This document shows, piece by piece, positions 1-9,703 of a stretch of 64,000 nt of DNA (positions within the stretch are counted from its first letter, which is position 1; each line of letters begins with the position of its first letter). Made by a program: the position numbers and the translations under genes. Below the pieces are notes generated by a model. That model was given only the letters and a program-made list of their open reading frames with translations. It was not told the DNA's origin and did no database searches. This stretch comes from Bacteroidia bacterium (lineage in GTDB: Bacteria; Bacteroidota; Bacteroidia; NS11-12g; UBA955). The DNA is taken from NCBI GenBank assembly GCA_038317095.1, contig JBBQBB010000009.1:4956-68955 (forward strand). The letters are read 5' to 3'.

Positions 1-3000
1 TTAATGCAAAATGTTCAAAATGAATACCTCTAAACCCCAGACCTTCTATTTGCGCACCCCCTTCTCGGCCTCTGGTTCCACTTATAGAAATATCACCCGA
101 TAAATCTGTGGAAGCGCCAAACCCTTCTCTATTGGCAATTATGCTAATTCTAGAAGTAGGCAAAAGCATTAAAGTGCATTCCCAAATTTGGGCTCTAAAA
201 GAATCTTTAGGTTGTATTCTAAACTCAAAAGAAAAATCGCCAGCCGAACTTCTATTTAATGAGGCATTGTATTTTAATTCATCTCTGTCTGAAATGGGCA
301 ATCTGATTTCACCACATAAACCTGCGTTTCTAAAATTGTTGCTCACAAAAGACAAGTAAACCGTATCCAATGAGTAAGCCCAGCCATCTAAATTTCCTTC
401 TTCTACGCGTATAATATTCTCAATAGAAAAACGTGCGCTAAATCCAGTGCCATCTATTAAAACATTGGTAATTGAACCACCTAGTCTTCTCGTAGGATCG
501 CTAAAAGTTCTAAATTTGTGTGGCAATCGCACAGCCAATCTTTTTAAGTAAAATCCTTTCCAGTGCGCAGTTTGGTCTCCACCATACCCCTCAGGATAAA
601 CCATGCTCGCTGAATTCTGTAAGTCGGAAAAATCCAAATAGGCTTCACTGGCTGTAAATCCCCATTCAGGCAATCCAGCTACTTGAAAATCGTCCATATC
701 CAATCGGCATACCCAATTCCCCATTCTTTGCACTTTTACTTGGAATCTTCCTTGTACTTGCCCAGCGCCAGGGGTGCCATCGGCAGCGTCTGGAACCAAT
801 AAATTTCTACCAAATGTTACGGTTCCGCTGATGGCTAGTTCTTTAAATCCGGCACAATCCCAAGAAACGTAAGTACCTGAATCTCTAGGTAGGGTTGGAG
901 ATTTTAATGTAAGTCTAATATCATCGGTATAGGCCAGGTCTCTATCCAACGGTAGAAACAATTTGCCTTGGCCCATATTTAGTCCCCCTGGATGAAAACA
1001 AATGTCATTTGCCCCTAAAGAAAGCCAACCATGCAATTCGGGAACATCTAAACTAACCAAAGCATTTAATGTAGCCATGGTTGAGGTGAATTTACATCCC
1101 ATAATGCCTACGGTAAGTCTTTGCCCATCAATGGTATTGTCAATTCCTAGGGGCATTCCCACTGGGTCACTTCCTGCCAATTGGCTGGTAAGTCTACCTG
1201 CAGTTGTAATCCATTGGTTAATTTCTTGGCCTTGGGTTTCGCCAATTCCGGTAAAAACACCAGTGGCTCTAGCCAAAGCATCCGGAATTAATGAAGCATT
1301 GTCTGTCTCTGTAAAAACATCACCCGAAATCATTTCATTGATGGAATTGATTTGTATTCCTGAAAATGAAACTCTCACAGGTGCATTCATAAATGGCACA
1401 CGGATATATCCTCTTCCTCTGGCGTTTGTTCCACTCCAAGTAATTTCGGTAAGCGTCATGGTAAATTTGCCTACTTTTATATTGCCTCCAATAACAGAAG
1501 TAGCTACTCCTGTTGTGTTTGAAGGCCTGATAGCCTGACAATCGGCTAAACAAGATGGAGGTGTGCTGCGCGGCACATCGGGTACGATTTCAGAACCTGC
1601 AGCTCCGATTCTAAATTGCCAAACTGGACCGGTTACATAAGCATTGCTGTTTTCATTGTTGTCTTCTTCCAGCCATTTTACCCTCCAATAATAGTTTCCT
1701 GTATCCGCAAGGTTTACTAAATTTTCAACGGCACGGTATATTGAATCATTGAGTAAATTGTTGTTGGCAATGCAGGCATTTAAATCTACATTGGGTGCAA
1801 ATCTTTTAGAAATGGTTTTCACAATTCTTGTAAAACCAGCATCTCTGGCTACTTCCAATTTATATCTTTCTTCAACTCCGTGATTGTAAAAATTACTAAC
1901 AGGACGGGAGGAAGTGCCTGAAGAAACGATGGAATAGGAAGGTAAAAAATTGGCGGGAAAATCCGCTGTTTGAAATTTAATGGGGATGTTTCCTGGCGTT
2001 TGGTTGGATCTATTTGCCGGCGATTGATTTACTGGAACACCCATACCGGAAATAAATCCATCGTTGCAAGAAACATTTAAAGGTGCGCTTTCTCCAGTAC
2101 TTCTATGTAAAAAAGAGCCATTTAAATTATAGAGGTATCTCGCGCCTCTTAAAAATTCTTGACCAACAATCGCATTGGATTCATTTACTGGAATGTTTTG
2201 ACTGGCACTTTCTGCAATGGTCATTCCTGTGGCTCTAGTTTGAGATTCAGCAGGTCCCCAAGGCCAGCGCAACTCATCTGTTCTGCGGTATGCTGAGGCC
2301 CCATTTTGGGTTAAATTCAAATCAAAATTAAATCTGTACAATTGATTGTCATAGGGATTAAATCTTACAATAATGGGGAAATAACGCCAAGGAATGTATT
2401 CATTGTTTGTAGGAAATAAGGGACTTACCGTAAATCTACCATCTGAGGCACTTCCATAATTAAAAGAACAAGGTACGGAATAACCTCTATTGGCAAAACG
2501 CAATTGGCCTGCAGGATCTACAACTTTTATTCTTACAGCATACCTGCGACCTGCTTCCAATGCAGGATTGGCAGATGTATAAACATAGGAAGTTAATGAG
2601 GTTACACTATCGGTGAAGAATATTGGGCTAGTGGCACTTTCGAAAGCATCCATGGGATTTCGGTCTATGGGAACCAATTCGATTATTTCAATTACATATC
2701 GAATATCAACGGGTACTTCTGGAGGGGCAATCCAAATGAAAGTGAAATTTTGAATGTCTGAAACTGGCAAAGTACCCCCGCAAACTGCACTCCCAATCAT
2801 AGTGATTTCTGGAGGATTAATAACCCCAATACGCATGGGCGCAGAGCAACCAGAAGGAATAACTGCACTCACCGGTGTTGTATGCCCGCTTGAATTATAA
2901 TCGTAAGCTGTAATGCATAACTGATAAATTCCTGATGGCAACCTTCTGGTTCTAATCACTTCGTTTCTATCCACTCCTGCTGTGGTAATGCTGTTTTGAT

Positions 3001-3340
3001 CGGGAAATAAATTGTATAAATCATCCGATGTTAGCAACCTTGTTTCGCCAGAGGCAAGCACCAAAGGTTGAGGCGGCTGATAATCAGGAGATGTTGCAAC
3101 TGAAATTGTACCATCTACAGTTCTAAAAGTACCACCAAGTTTAATGGATTGAGAACTTGCCGAAGTGTTTGAAACGGTAATTAAAACTTTTGTCGGATCA
3201 GACGAATAGGTAAACAAATAAGGGTCATAGGGGGGATTTATTGTAACCGATACATTGATTGTTTGGCCATGCATTTTGGCAACTAAGCAAAACAGAAGGG
3301 TAACAAATATTTTTTTAGAAAAATAGTATTTTTTTCTCAT
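1..3340 (-). CDS. Large secreted TANFOR/FN3-domain protein, 3' end outside window (>1113 aa)
   Basis: ATG at 3340. My manual translation gives a signal peptide (MRKKYYFSKKIFVTLLFCLVAKMHGQ), then TINVSVTINPPYDPYL...RRLPSGIYQLCITAYDY...FTFIWIAP...LEAGRRYAVRIKVVD. The frame was open wherever I checked (3340-2455, ~1560-1310, 1-80; ends ...GFRGIHFEHFAL at the edge). It is probably absent from the ORF track because there is no stop in the window. Confidence 0.85.
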   Translation of the reverse strand, partial: MRKKYYFSKKIFVTLLFCLVAKMHGQTINVSVTINPPYDPYLFTYSSDPTKVLITVSNTSASSQSIKLGGTFRTVDGTISVATSPDYQPPQPLVLASGETRLLTSDDLYNLFPDQNSITTAGVDRNEVIRTRRLPSGIYQLCITAYDYNSSGHTTPVSAVIPSGCSAPMRIGVINPPEITMIGSAVCGGTLPVSDIQNFTFIWIAPPEVPVDIRYVIEIIELVPIDRNPMDAFESATSPIFFTDSVTSLTSYVYTSANPALEAGRRYAVRIKVVDPAGQLRFANRGYSVPCSFNYGSASDGRFTVSPLFPTNNEYIPWRYFPIIVRFNPYDNQLYRFNFDLNLTQNGASAYRRTDELRWPWGPAESQTRATGMTIAESASQNIPVNESNAIVGQEFLRGARYLYNLNGSFLHRSTGESAPLNVSCNDGFISGMGVPVNQSPANRSNQTPGNIPIKFQTADFPANFLPSYSIVSSGTSSRPVSNFYNHGVEERYKLEVARDAGFTRIVKTISKRFAPNVDLNACIANNNLLNDSIYRAVENLVNLADTGNYYWRVKWLEEDNNENSNAYVTGPVWQFRIGAAGSEIVPDVPRSTPPSCLADCQAIRPSNTTGVATSVIGGNIKVGKFTMTLTEITWSGTNARGRGYIRVPFMNAPVRVSFSGIQINSINEMISGDVFTETDNASLIPDALARATGVFTGIGETQGQEINQWITTAGRLTSQLAGSDPVGMPLGIDNTIDGQRLTVGIMGCKFTSTMATLNALVSLDVPELHGWLSLGANDICFHPGGLNMGQGKLFLPLDRDLAYTDDIRLTLKSPTLPRDSGTYVSWDCAGFKELAISGTVTFGRNLLVPDAADGTPGAGQVQGRFQVKVQRMGNWVCRLDMDDFQVAGLPEWGFTASEAYLDFSDLQNSASMVYPEGYGGDQTAHWKGFYLKRLAVRLPHKFRTFSDPTRRLGGSITNVLIDGTGFSARFSIENIIRVEEGNLDGWAYSLDTVYLSFVSNNFRNAGLCGEIRLPISDRDELKYNASLNRSSAGDFSFEFRIQPKDSFRAQIWECTLMLLPTSRISIIANREGFGASTDLSGDISISGTRGREGGAQIEGLGFRGIHFEHFAL

Positions 3341-3344
3341 TGAT

Positions 3345-5099
3345 TTATAGTGTAAATGTATATCTTACCGATGCCCTTTGTTCATTATAGGTATATATCG
3401 AAACATTTTTTGTATTGTTGAACAGTGCATTTAGCATCAAACTAAAATTGTGTTTTTTTTGCAAAGTATAATTCAAACCTGCGCCAATATTCGTGATATT
3501 TCCATCCAAATTTCCTTGTTTTATTTTTTGCTGAAAAGAAGCATTTGCATTTAAACCCAACTTTGATTTGCCAAAGGTTTTTCTAATATTTACCGATGGC
3601 CCTGCAAGTTGGAAAGTGCCACCCGTGTTGTTTACTTGCGTAAAATTTGCATTAACACCCAAATTCACACCTTTTTTACCATCCCCTTTATTTAAACTTG
3701 CTGAAAAAACCATGGAATTGCTTTCACTATTTTTTCGGGTTATAATATTATTATCTTGCAACGCTTGCAGTTGCCCATTTATTACAAAATTTGTAGTTTT
3801 AGAACCTTTTGTTTTGCTAATTTTAATACTGCCGCCAATGGCCTGATTGATAATGCTGAATAAAATAGAGTCGTTTAATTGTATTCTTCCACTATTCAAA
3901 TCTGTACCGTAGTTTGAGTAATTTACACTCATTCCAAAATTGGGTTTGGGATTAAAATTTAAAAATACTGAACCTATTTTATTGGTTGTAGTGTTTAATT
4001 GGTCTTTTAATAAATTATTGGTTCTAATGCCGTAGCTACCTGTTAAAATTAATCTGTTTTTAAATAGCATAAAGGTAGGGGATATTGTATATTGTTCTAA
4101 ATCGTTGGCAACATAATAACTGCCTAATGTTTGATATTCAGGATCCACCCTCTTATACTCCGCTTTTATCCGGTACCCTTTTCCACCATAGCCTAACGAA
4201 AAATTACCAGCTAAATAGGGTATCGTAGATCGGTTGATTTTAATAATATTTGAATAGGGTTTTATATCCTTTAACTCTGTAATAGAAGAATCTTTATATC
4301 TGCTATCTAAAGTAACTACACTCAAGCCAATGTCAATATTTACATCCAATCTTTTAAATAAAAGATAATTGGATTTTAATCCAAGTGCAATGTTTTCCAT
4401 GGGTTTAATGTTTACGCTATCCGCAACCTTAGCTAAAAAAGTGTCTTGTTTATCTATGGCTCTAAACAAAATGATATCCGTAAAGTTTGGTCCTTTTCCA
4501 AAACCTATTTTGGCACCCATACCCCACCGTTCATAGGATGGCAATAAATAACTATATCTACTTCTATTTTCTGGATTTACTGTAACTTTGTTTCTAAACT
4601 TCCCATACAATGCCGTAAACCTTATCTTTCCCGGATTTAGTTCTATACCTCCGCCCAAAAATGTAGCCCCCGCTAGAGTGTAATCGCTAAAGTACAAATT
4701 TCTCCATCCTGCATGTACCGTTATCCATTTGTAAAAAGGACTGGCTCCATATTTATTGAAGGGTTGCGAAAAACTGCGTTCTTGTTCACTGTAAACAAAC
4801 GAGAATGGAATGGAAACATCATAGATTTTAAGGGTAGGAGAGCCACTGAGATACCAACTAAAAGGCACCCTGCGCGCGTTAATGCCGTTTTGCTGGGTAA
4901 ACATACATCCCACACCCAGGCTGCCTCCTTTATCAAATGCCTTGCTTTTGCCAATCTGGCCTAGGTCTTGTGCTCGCCCTTCCTTTATTGCACATAGGAT
5001 TATGCCGAAAAACCAAAACCAGGCAATTTTGTTTTTACCAATGTTGTAAAATATTTTCAAGTATTTTCCAAAGAAAATATGTTTCCTATTTACCTTCAA
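3345..5099 (-). CDS. Outer-membrane beta-barrel protein upstream of the TANFOR gene
   Basis: 584-aa ORF with an N-terminal signal-like segment ending RAQ, alternating amphipathic strands and a C-terminal VRYTFTL barrel-type end. Its stop is 4 nt from the TANFOR start. Confidence 0.75.
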   Translation of the reverse strand: MKVNRKHIFFGKYLKIFYNIGKNKIAWFWFFGIILCAIKEGRAQDLGQIGKSKAFDKGGSLGVGCMFTQQNGINARRVPFSWYLSGSPTLKIYDVSIPFSFVYSEQERSFSQPFNKYGASPFYKWITVHAGWRNLYFSDYTLAGATFLGGGIELNPGKIRFTALYGKFRNKVTVNPENRSRYSYLLPSYERWGMGAKIGFGKGPNFTDIILFRAIDKQDTFLAKVADSVNIKPMENIALGLKSNYLLFKRLDVNIDIGLSVVTLDSRYKDSSITELKDIKPYSNIIKINRSTIPYLAGNFSLGYGGKGYRIKAEYKRVDPEYQTLGSYYVANDLEQYTISPTFMLFKNRLILTGSYGIRTNNLLKDQLNTTTNKIGSVFLNFNPKPNFGMSVNYSNYGTDLNSGRIQLNDSILFSIINQAIGGSIKISKTKGSKTTNFVINGQLQALQDNNIITRKNSESNSMVFSASLNKGDGKKGVNLGVNANFTQVNNTGGTFQLAGPSVNIRKTFGKSKLGLNANASFQQKIKQGNLDGNITNIGAGLNYTLQKKHNFSLMLNALFNNTKNVSIYTYNEQRASVRYTFTL

Positions 5100-5282
5100 C
5101 TAAAATTGAATATTGAACTAAGATTACTCAATATTTAACCGTTTTGGAACAATATCGGTCATATTCTCTGAGGTATTTTTACGGATGGCTTTTCCTATTT
5201 ATTTTTTATGCTTAATTTACATCTAACCAGAAAGAGTAGAAGTTTATTTTGTTCTCATTGGTTATTTTGCTTTAATTGGGGT

Positions 5283-5996
5283 TTATAGCAGATTTTGCAA
5301 GGCTTCCCAAAATTCTTTACGTCTTGACCTTGATATGCTAAGTTCTCTGCCGTCTTCCATAATGGCACTTCCAGTTTCACCCTTGATAAGTTTCGATACA
5401 AAATCCACGTTCACAATGGATGATTGGTGTATGCGAACAAAATTGGCTAAGCTTAGCGTTTTTTCGAATTCCCCAATGTTTTTGCTTACCATTTTGGTCT
5501 TTCCACCAAAAAGATGAAACGTGGTATAATTCTTATCTGCTAGGCAGTACATTACCTGCTTTAAGGGTACAAACTCAAGACCAGTACTGTCCGAAAGGGC
5601 TATCTTTTGAGGTGGATTTGCAGCCTGAATGTGCAGTTTTTTTTCTACAACCTTAGAAATGGCTCTTTTTAATTCTTCTAAACCTGCAGGTTTTAATAGA
5701 TAATCAATGACATTAAGTTTATACGCCGTTAATGCATATTCTGCATAGGCAGTCGTAAATACCACCTCAAAATTAAATTTCCCCAAATTTTCCAAAAACG
5801 CAATTCCAGTCATTTCTGGCATTTCAATATCCAGAAAAAGCAAATCTATTTGGTTGTGTTTCAAATATTCCACCGCATCCATGGGATTTTGAAAAGCATT
5901 GACAATTATAATTTCAGGGCAATGTCTTTCTAAATCAACCCTAATCGATGAAATGGCCAATGATTCATCATCCAATATTAAGGTACGTAAAGCCAT
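5283..5996 (-). CDS. LytTR-family response regulator
   Basis: Receiver motifs ILDDE, FLDIEMP, FTTAY, YLLKP; LytTR motifs FVRIHQSSIVN and ISRSR. Confidence 0.95.
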   Translation of the reverse strand: MALRTLILDDESLAISSIRVDLERHCPEIIIVNAFQNPMDAVEYLKHNQIDLLFLDIEMPEMTGIAFLENLGKFNFEVVFTTAYAEYALTAYKLNVIDYLLKPAGLEELKRAISKVVEKKLHIQAANPPQKIALSDSTGLEFVPLKQVMYCLADKNYTTFHLFGGKTKMVSKNIGEFEKTLSLANFVRIHQSSIVNVDFVSKLIKGETGSAIMEDGRELSISRSRRKEFWEALQNLL

Positions 5997-6009
5997 CTAT
6001 TTATGCCGG

Positions 6010-6017
6010 CAAATATA
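6010..6017 (-). promoter_or_regulatory. Bacteroidetes -7 promoter element (TATATTTG)
   Basis: TAnnTTTG match 14 nt upstream of the LytTR start. Confidence 0.6.
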
Positions 6018-6230
6018 ACAAAATTAGCCGAATAAGGAGCAGGATTCCGGAGATAATTCGGGTTTAAGAATTCTTTGAAATTTACCTTTTTTTTTTGCTT
6101 AAATTACCCACCAATAGAAAAATGGATCACGGTTTTGGGTTTAAAAAGGGTCGACAATTCTAAGCCGCAGCATTGGATAAAAAAAGATCTATGCGTAACT
6201 TTTGAGGAATGTGAATATTGTTTTTAATCT

Positions 6231-6940
6231 TCATTCATTTAAAACAATTTTTTTACCGCGATAGTTTACCAATTCACCGTTAGCAGATGTTCCTGAAAAC
6301 TGAAAATGGTACACTCCTGCAGGCACTTCTATGCCGTTGTTTTGTGTGCTTTGAAAAATCAATCGGCCATAGGTTTCGAAAATTTGAATCATCTTAAATG
6401 TTTCTGTATTGTTAAGTATTTTAAATTTATTTGTGACTGTAAATTGTTCTTTTTTAATTGTATTGGAGTGATTTATTTCTTTTTTTATTACAAAGAGGTT
6501 TTTATAAAAAGTATCTGCGCAATTGTGACTCGAATTTGCTGCCAATTGAACCGTATAAGTCTCAACTGTATCGGGGTAAAAGATTTGGGGTTCAGAAAGG
6601 ATACTCAAATTGGCCCTACCCAAAAGGTTGAAATTCCATTGGTAATCCAACCATTCCCAAGGATAAATTGTTGAATTGTTCTTTACCGTAAAATGAGGTA
6701 AATCTATGGTTGCAGAGTCTTTAGGCGTGGTGGTAAAAATAGCTATTGGTTTTGGAAAGATCGTAAGTTGCGTTTGAATGGAGTTTTCACAGCCTGTGGA
6801 AGCGTTTTTTGCCAAAAAATACCAAATCCCAATTTGTTTAGTGGGAAAATAGCGCGCATTTCATTTTGGCAATAGGTCTGCGATTGTATGGTAAATTGCG
6901 GATTCCCTTTCATTGTTCGTGTGGGCAACGGTATCTCCAT
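6231..6940 (-). pseudogene. Truncated/frameshifted fragment of a PKD-domain protein with a T9SS-like C-terminal domain
   Basis: ORF 6231..6815 has PKD-like YQWNF...YTVQLAANSSHNCADT and CTD-like IFETYGRLIF..PAGVYHF..KKIVL. It has no signal peptide and an in-frame stop at 6861-6863. A plausible upstream continuation (GNPQFTIQSQTYCQNE) lies in another frame. Confidence 0.5.
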
Positions 6941-6966
6941 TTTAATAAAAGGGTTAAAATTAAAAT

Positions 6967-9591
6967 TCAACCCATCTTGTTCTTCAATTCTTGCAATTTT
7001 AATAAAGCGTCAATTGGAGACAATGTGTTCAAATCTGTGTTTTTTAGAATCTCGCGCACCAGTTTCATGGCAGGGTCATCGGTGGGGAACATGCTCATTT
7101 GAAAAATAGGGGATGGTGCTGTGTTTTTCATGGTTTCCCTGCCAGATATTTTTGCCCTATCCGATTCAAGGTTGTGCAATATTTCGCTGGCTCGTAATAA
7201 AACCTTGTTGGGTATACCCGCCATTTGGGCCACGTGGATACCAAAACTGTGTTCGCTGCCGCCTGGTTTTAATTTTCGCAGGAATATGATACGGTTGGCT
7301 TGTTCTTTGGTTGCAATATGGAAGTTTCGAACGCCTTCCAATTTGCTTTCCAATTCATTCAGCTCGTGGTAATGGGTTGCAAATAGGGTTTTGGGTTTGG
7401 TGGTGTGGCTTTGCAAATATTCGGCAATGCTCCAAGCCAATGAAACCCCGTCGTAAGTACTAGTGCCGCGTCCAATTTCATCCAACAATATCAAACTTCG
7501 TTCACTTAAATTGTTAAGAATACTTGCGGTTTCAAGCATTTCCACCATAAAAGTACTTTCACCCAAGCTGATATTGTCGCTTGCTCCAACCCGGGTATAT
7601 ATTTTATCTACAATGCCAATATGCGCTTTGGTACACGGAACAAAACTGCCAATTTGGGCCATAATTACGGTTAAAGCAGTTTGCCGCAAAACTGCACTTT
7701 TACCACTCATGTTGGGTCCTGTCAAAATAACAATGCGTTGCTCGCGTTCGTCCAAATAAATATCATTGGGGATATAGCTTTCGTCGGGTGGTAATTGTTT
7801 TTCTATTACCGGATGCCTGCAACCATCTAACTCCAATAATAAACTGTCGTCCATAAAGGGCCTAACATACCCACATTCTTCTGCCAGTGAGGCAAAACCA
7901 ATCAAACAATCTAGTTTCGATAAAATGCGTGCGTTGGTTTGAATTTGGGGTACAAATTCGGCAAGCCATAGCAGAAATGCCTCCCAAAGACCTTGTTCCA
8001 CGCCGCTGATTCTCTCCTCGGCATTCAGTATTTTTTCTTCGTATTCTTTTAATTCAGGGGTTATGTATCTTTCAGCACCTGTTAATGTTTGTTTGCGGAT
8101 CCATTCTTCCGGTACTCTATTTTTATGTGCATTGGTAACTTCTAAGTAATAGCCAAACACATTGTTAAATCCTATTTTCAAACTGGTAATGCCCGTTTTT
8201 TTGCTTTCCCTGTTCTGAACTTCCAACAAATAATCTTTCCCACTAAAAGCGATAGCTCTTAGCTGATCCAATTCAGCATCTATGCCCTCTTTAATTACAT
8301 TTCCTTTGTGTAACAGGACAGGTGCATCGTCGTTTATGGTTGACGCGATGCGTTGTATTATTTCGGTACAAGGATGTATTTTTCCGGTAATTTCTTGCAC
8401 AGATGTGTTTTCGCTGTGGCCAATTTGCTTCTTAATTTCAGAAGCGGCTTGAAGACTTCGACCCAATTGCAAGACTTCTCTCGGTCCAATGCGATTTAAG
8501 GCAACTTTAGATACAATACGTTGCAAATCACCCACTGATTTTAACAGTTCAGCGCAAGATTTGGAAACGTCCGAATTTTCTGTAAACCATTGCACTGCAT
8601 CGTGCCGTTCATTTATGGGTTCTATATTTTTCAGTGGCATTACCAACCAATGGTTTAGCATTCTGCTCCCCATCGGAGTTTGGGTTCTGTCAATTACATC
8701 AAAAAGGGAAACTCCACCAGGGAAAATAGACCTTGTAAGTTCTAAATTGCGAACAGTAAATCCGTCCAACCATACATATTCACTTTCATCTAATCTACTG
8801 ATGTTGTTGATATGGTCTATTTGGGTGTGATGGGTTACTTCTAAGTATTGCAACGCAGCGCCAGAGGCGATAATAGATTCTTTTAAGTCAGAAATACCAA
8901 AACCTTTTAGAGAGGAAGATTTAAATTGGCGGCACAATTTTTCAGTACAATATTCTTCTTGGTAAATCCAATCTTCTACAGGCATAGCCGGAGTAATTTT
9001 CCCTAAAAGATTTTGGGCTTGTAGCAATTGATTTTTAGGGCAAAGAAGTTCAGCCGGTTTAAGGCCATTGGCTAATTTTTGAATTTCCGCGTCATCCCCA
9101 ATGGTGGTTAAAAATTCACCCGTACTAATGTCTAAAAATGCAATGCCGTGTTGTTTTTCGCCAAAATATACAGAGCACAAATAATTGCTTTGTCTGGCTT
9201 CCAGTACTTTGTCGTTGAAATTTACACCTGGGGTAACCAATTCTGTGACCCCCCTTTTTACAATGGTTTTGGTAAGTTTTGGGTCTTCAAGCTGGTCGCA
9301 GATGGCTACCCGATAACCAGCCCTTACCAATCGAGGAAGATAATTGTCTAAAGAGTGGTGTGGAAAACCTGCCAAATCCATGTGCGATGCAGCACCATTG
9401 CTTCTTTTTGTGAGAACTATACCCAAAACTTTGGATGCTATTTTTGCATCTTCGTCAAAAGTTTCATAAAAATCGCCGACCCGAAACAACAGCAAAGCAC
9501 CAGGGTATTTAGCCTTGATGCCATTGTATTGCTTCATTAGCGGAGTTTCTCCGCCAGTCTTAGGCAGGTTTTCTTTTGGCACAGCACACAT
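6967..9591 (-). CDS. mutS: DNA mismatch repair protein MutS
   Basis: TPLMKQY, FRVGDFYETF, Walker A TGPNMSGKS, ESTFMVEM, LLDEIGRGTST, FATHYHEL. The exact start is uncertain. Confidence 0.98.
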   Translation of the reverse strand: MCAVPKENLPKTGGETPLMKQYNGIKAKYPGALLLFRVGDFYETFDEDAKIASKVLGIVLTKRSNGAASHMDLAGFPHHSLDNYLPRLVRAGYRVAICDQLEDPKLTKTIVKRGVTELVTPGVNFNDKVLEARQSNYLCSVYFGEKQHGIAFLDISTGEFLTTIGDDAEIQKLANGLKPAELLCPKNQLLQAQNLLGKITPAMPVEDWIYQEEYCTEKLCRQFKSSSLKGFGISDLKESIIASGAALQYLEVTHHTQIDHINNISRLDESEYVWLDGFTVRNLELTRSIFPGGVSLFDVIDRTQTPMGSRMLNHWLVMPLKNIEPINERHDAVQWFTENSDVSKSCAELLKSVGDLQRIVSKVALNRIGPREVLQLGRSLQAASEIKKQIGHSENTSVQEITGKIHPCTEIIQRIASTINDDAPVLLHKGNVIKEGIDAELDQLRAIAFSGKDYLLEVQNRESKKTGITSLKIGFNNVFGYYLEVTNAHKNRVPEEWIRKQTLTGAERYITPELKEYEEKILNAEERISGVEQGLWEAFLLWLAEFVPQIQTNARILSKLDCLIGFASLAEECGYVRPFMDDSLLLELDGCRHPVIEKQLPPDESYIPNDIYLDEREQRIVILTGPNMSGKSAVLRQTALTVIMAQIGSFVPCTKAHIGIVDKIYTRVGASDNISLGESTFMVEMLETASILNNLSERSLILLDEIGRGTSTYDGVSLAWSIAEYLQSHTTKPKTLFATHYHELNELESKLEGVRNFHIATKEQANRIIFLRKLKPGGSEHSFGIHVAQMAGIPNKVLLRASEILHNLESDRAKISGRETMKNTAPSPIFQMSMFPTDDPAMKLVREILKNTDLNTLSPIDALLKLQELKNKMG

Positions 9592-9703
9592 AAATATTGA
9601 AAATATAGGGCATGCAATTTATATCCAATTCTACAGATTGCATCAACATTTTGCCAACGCAGCAAAAGCCAATTTTCAGGATTATGAATGAATGCTTTTT
9701 TTC

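Noticed and set aside
108-1553. ORF-track entries 108..359 (+), 1002..1538 (+) and 1335..1553 (-)
   Set aside because: These are antisense or off-frame shadows of the large TANFOR ORF.
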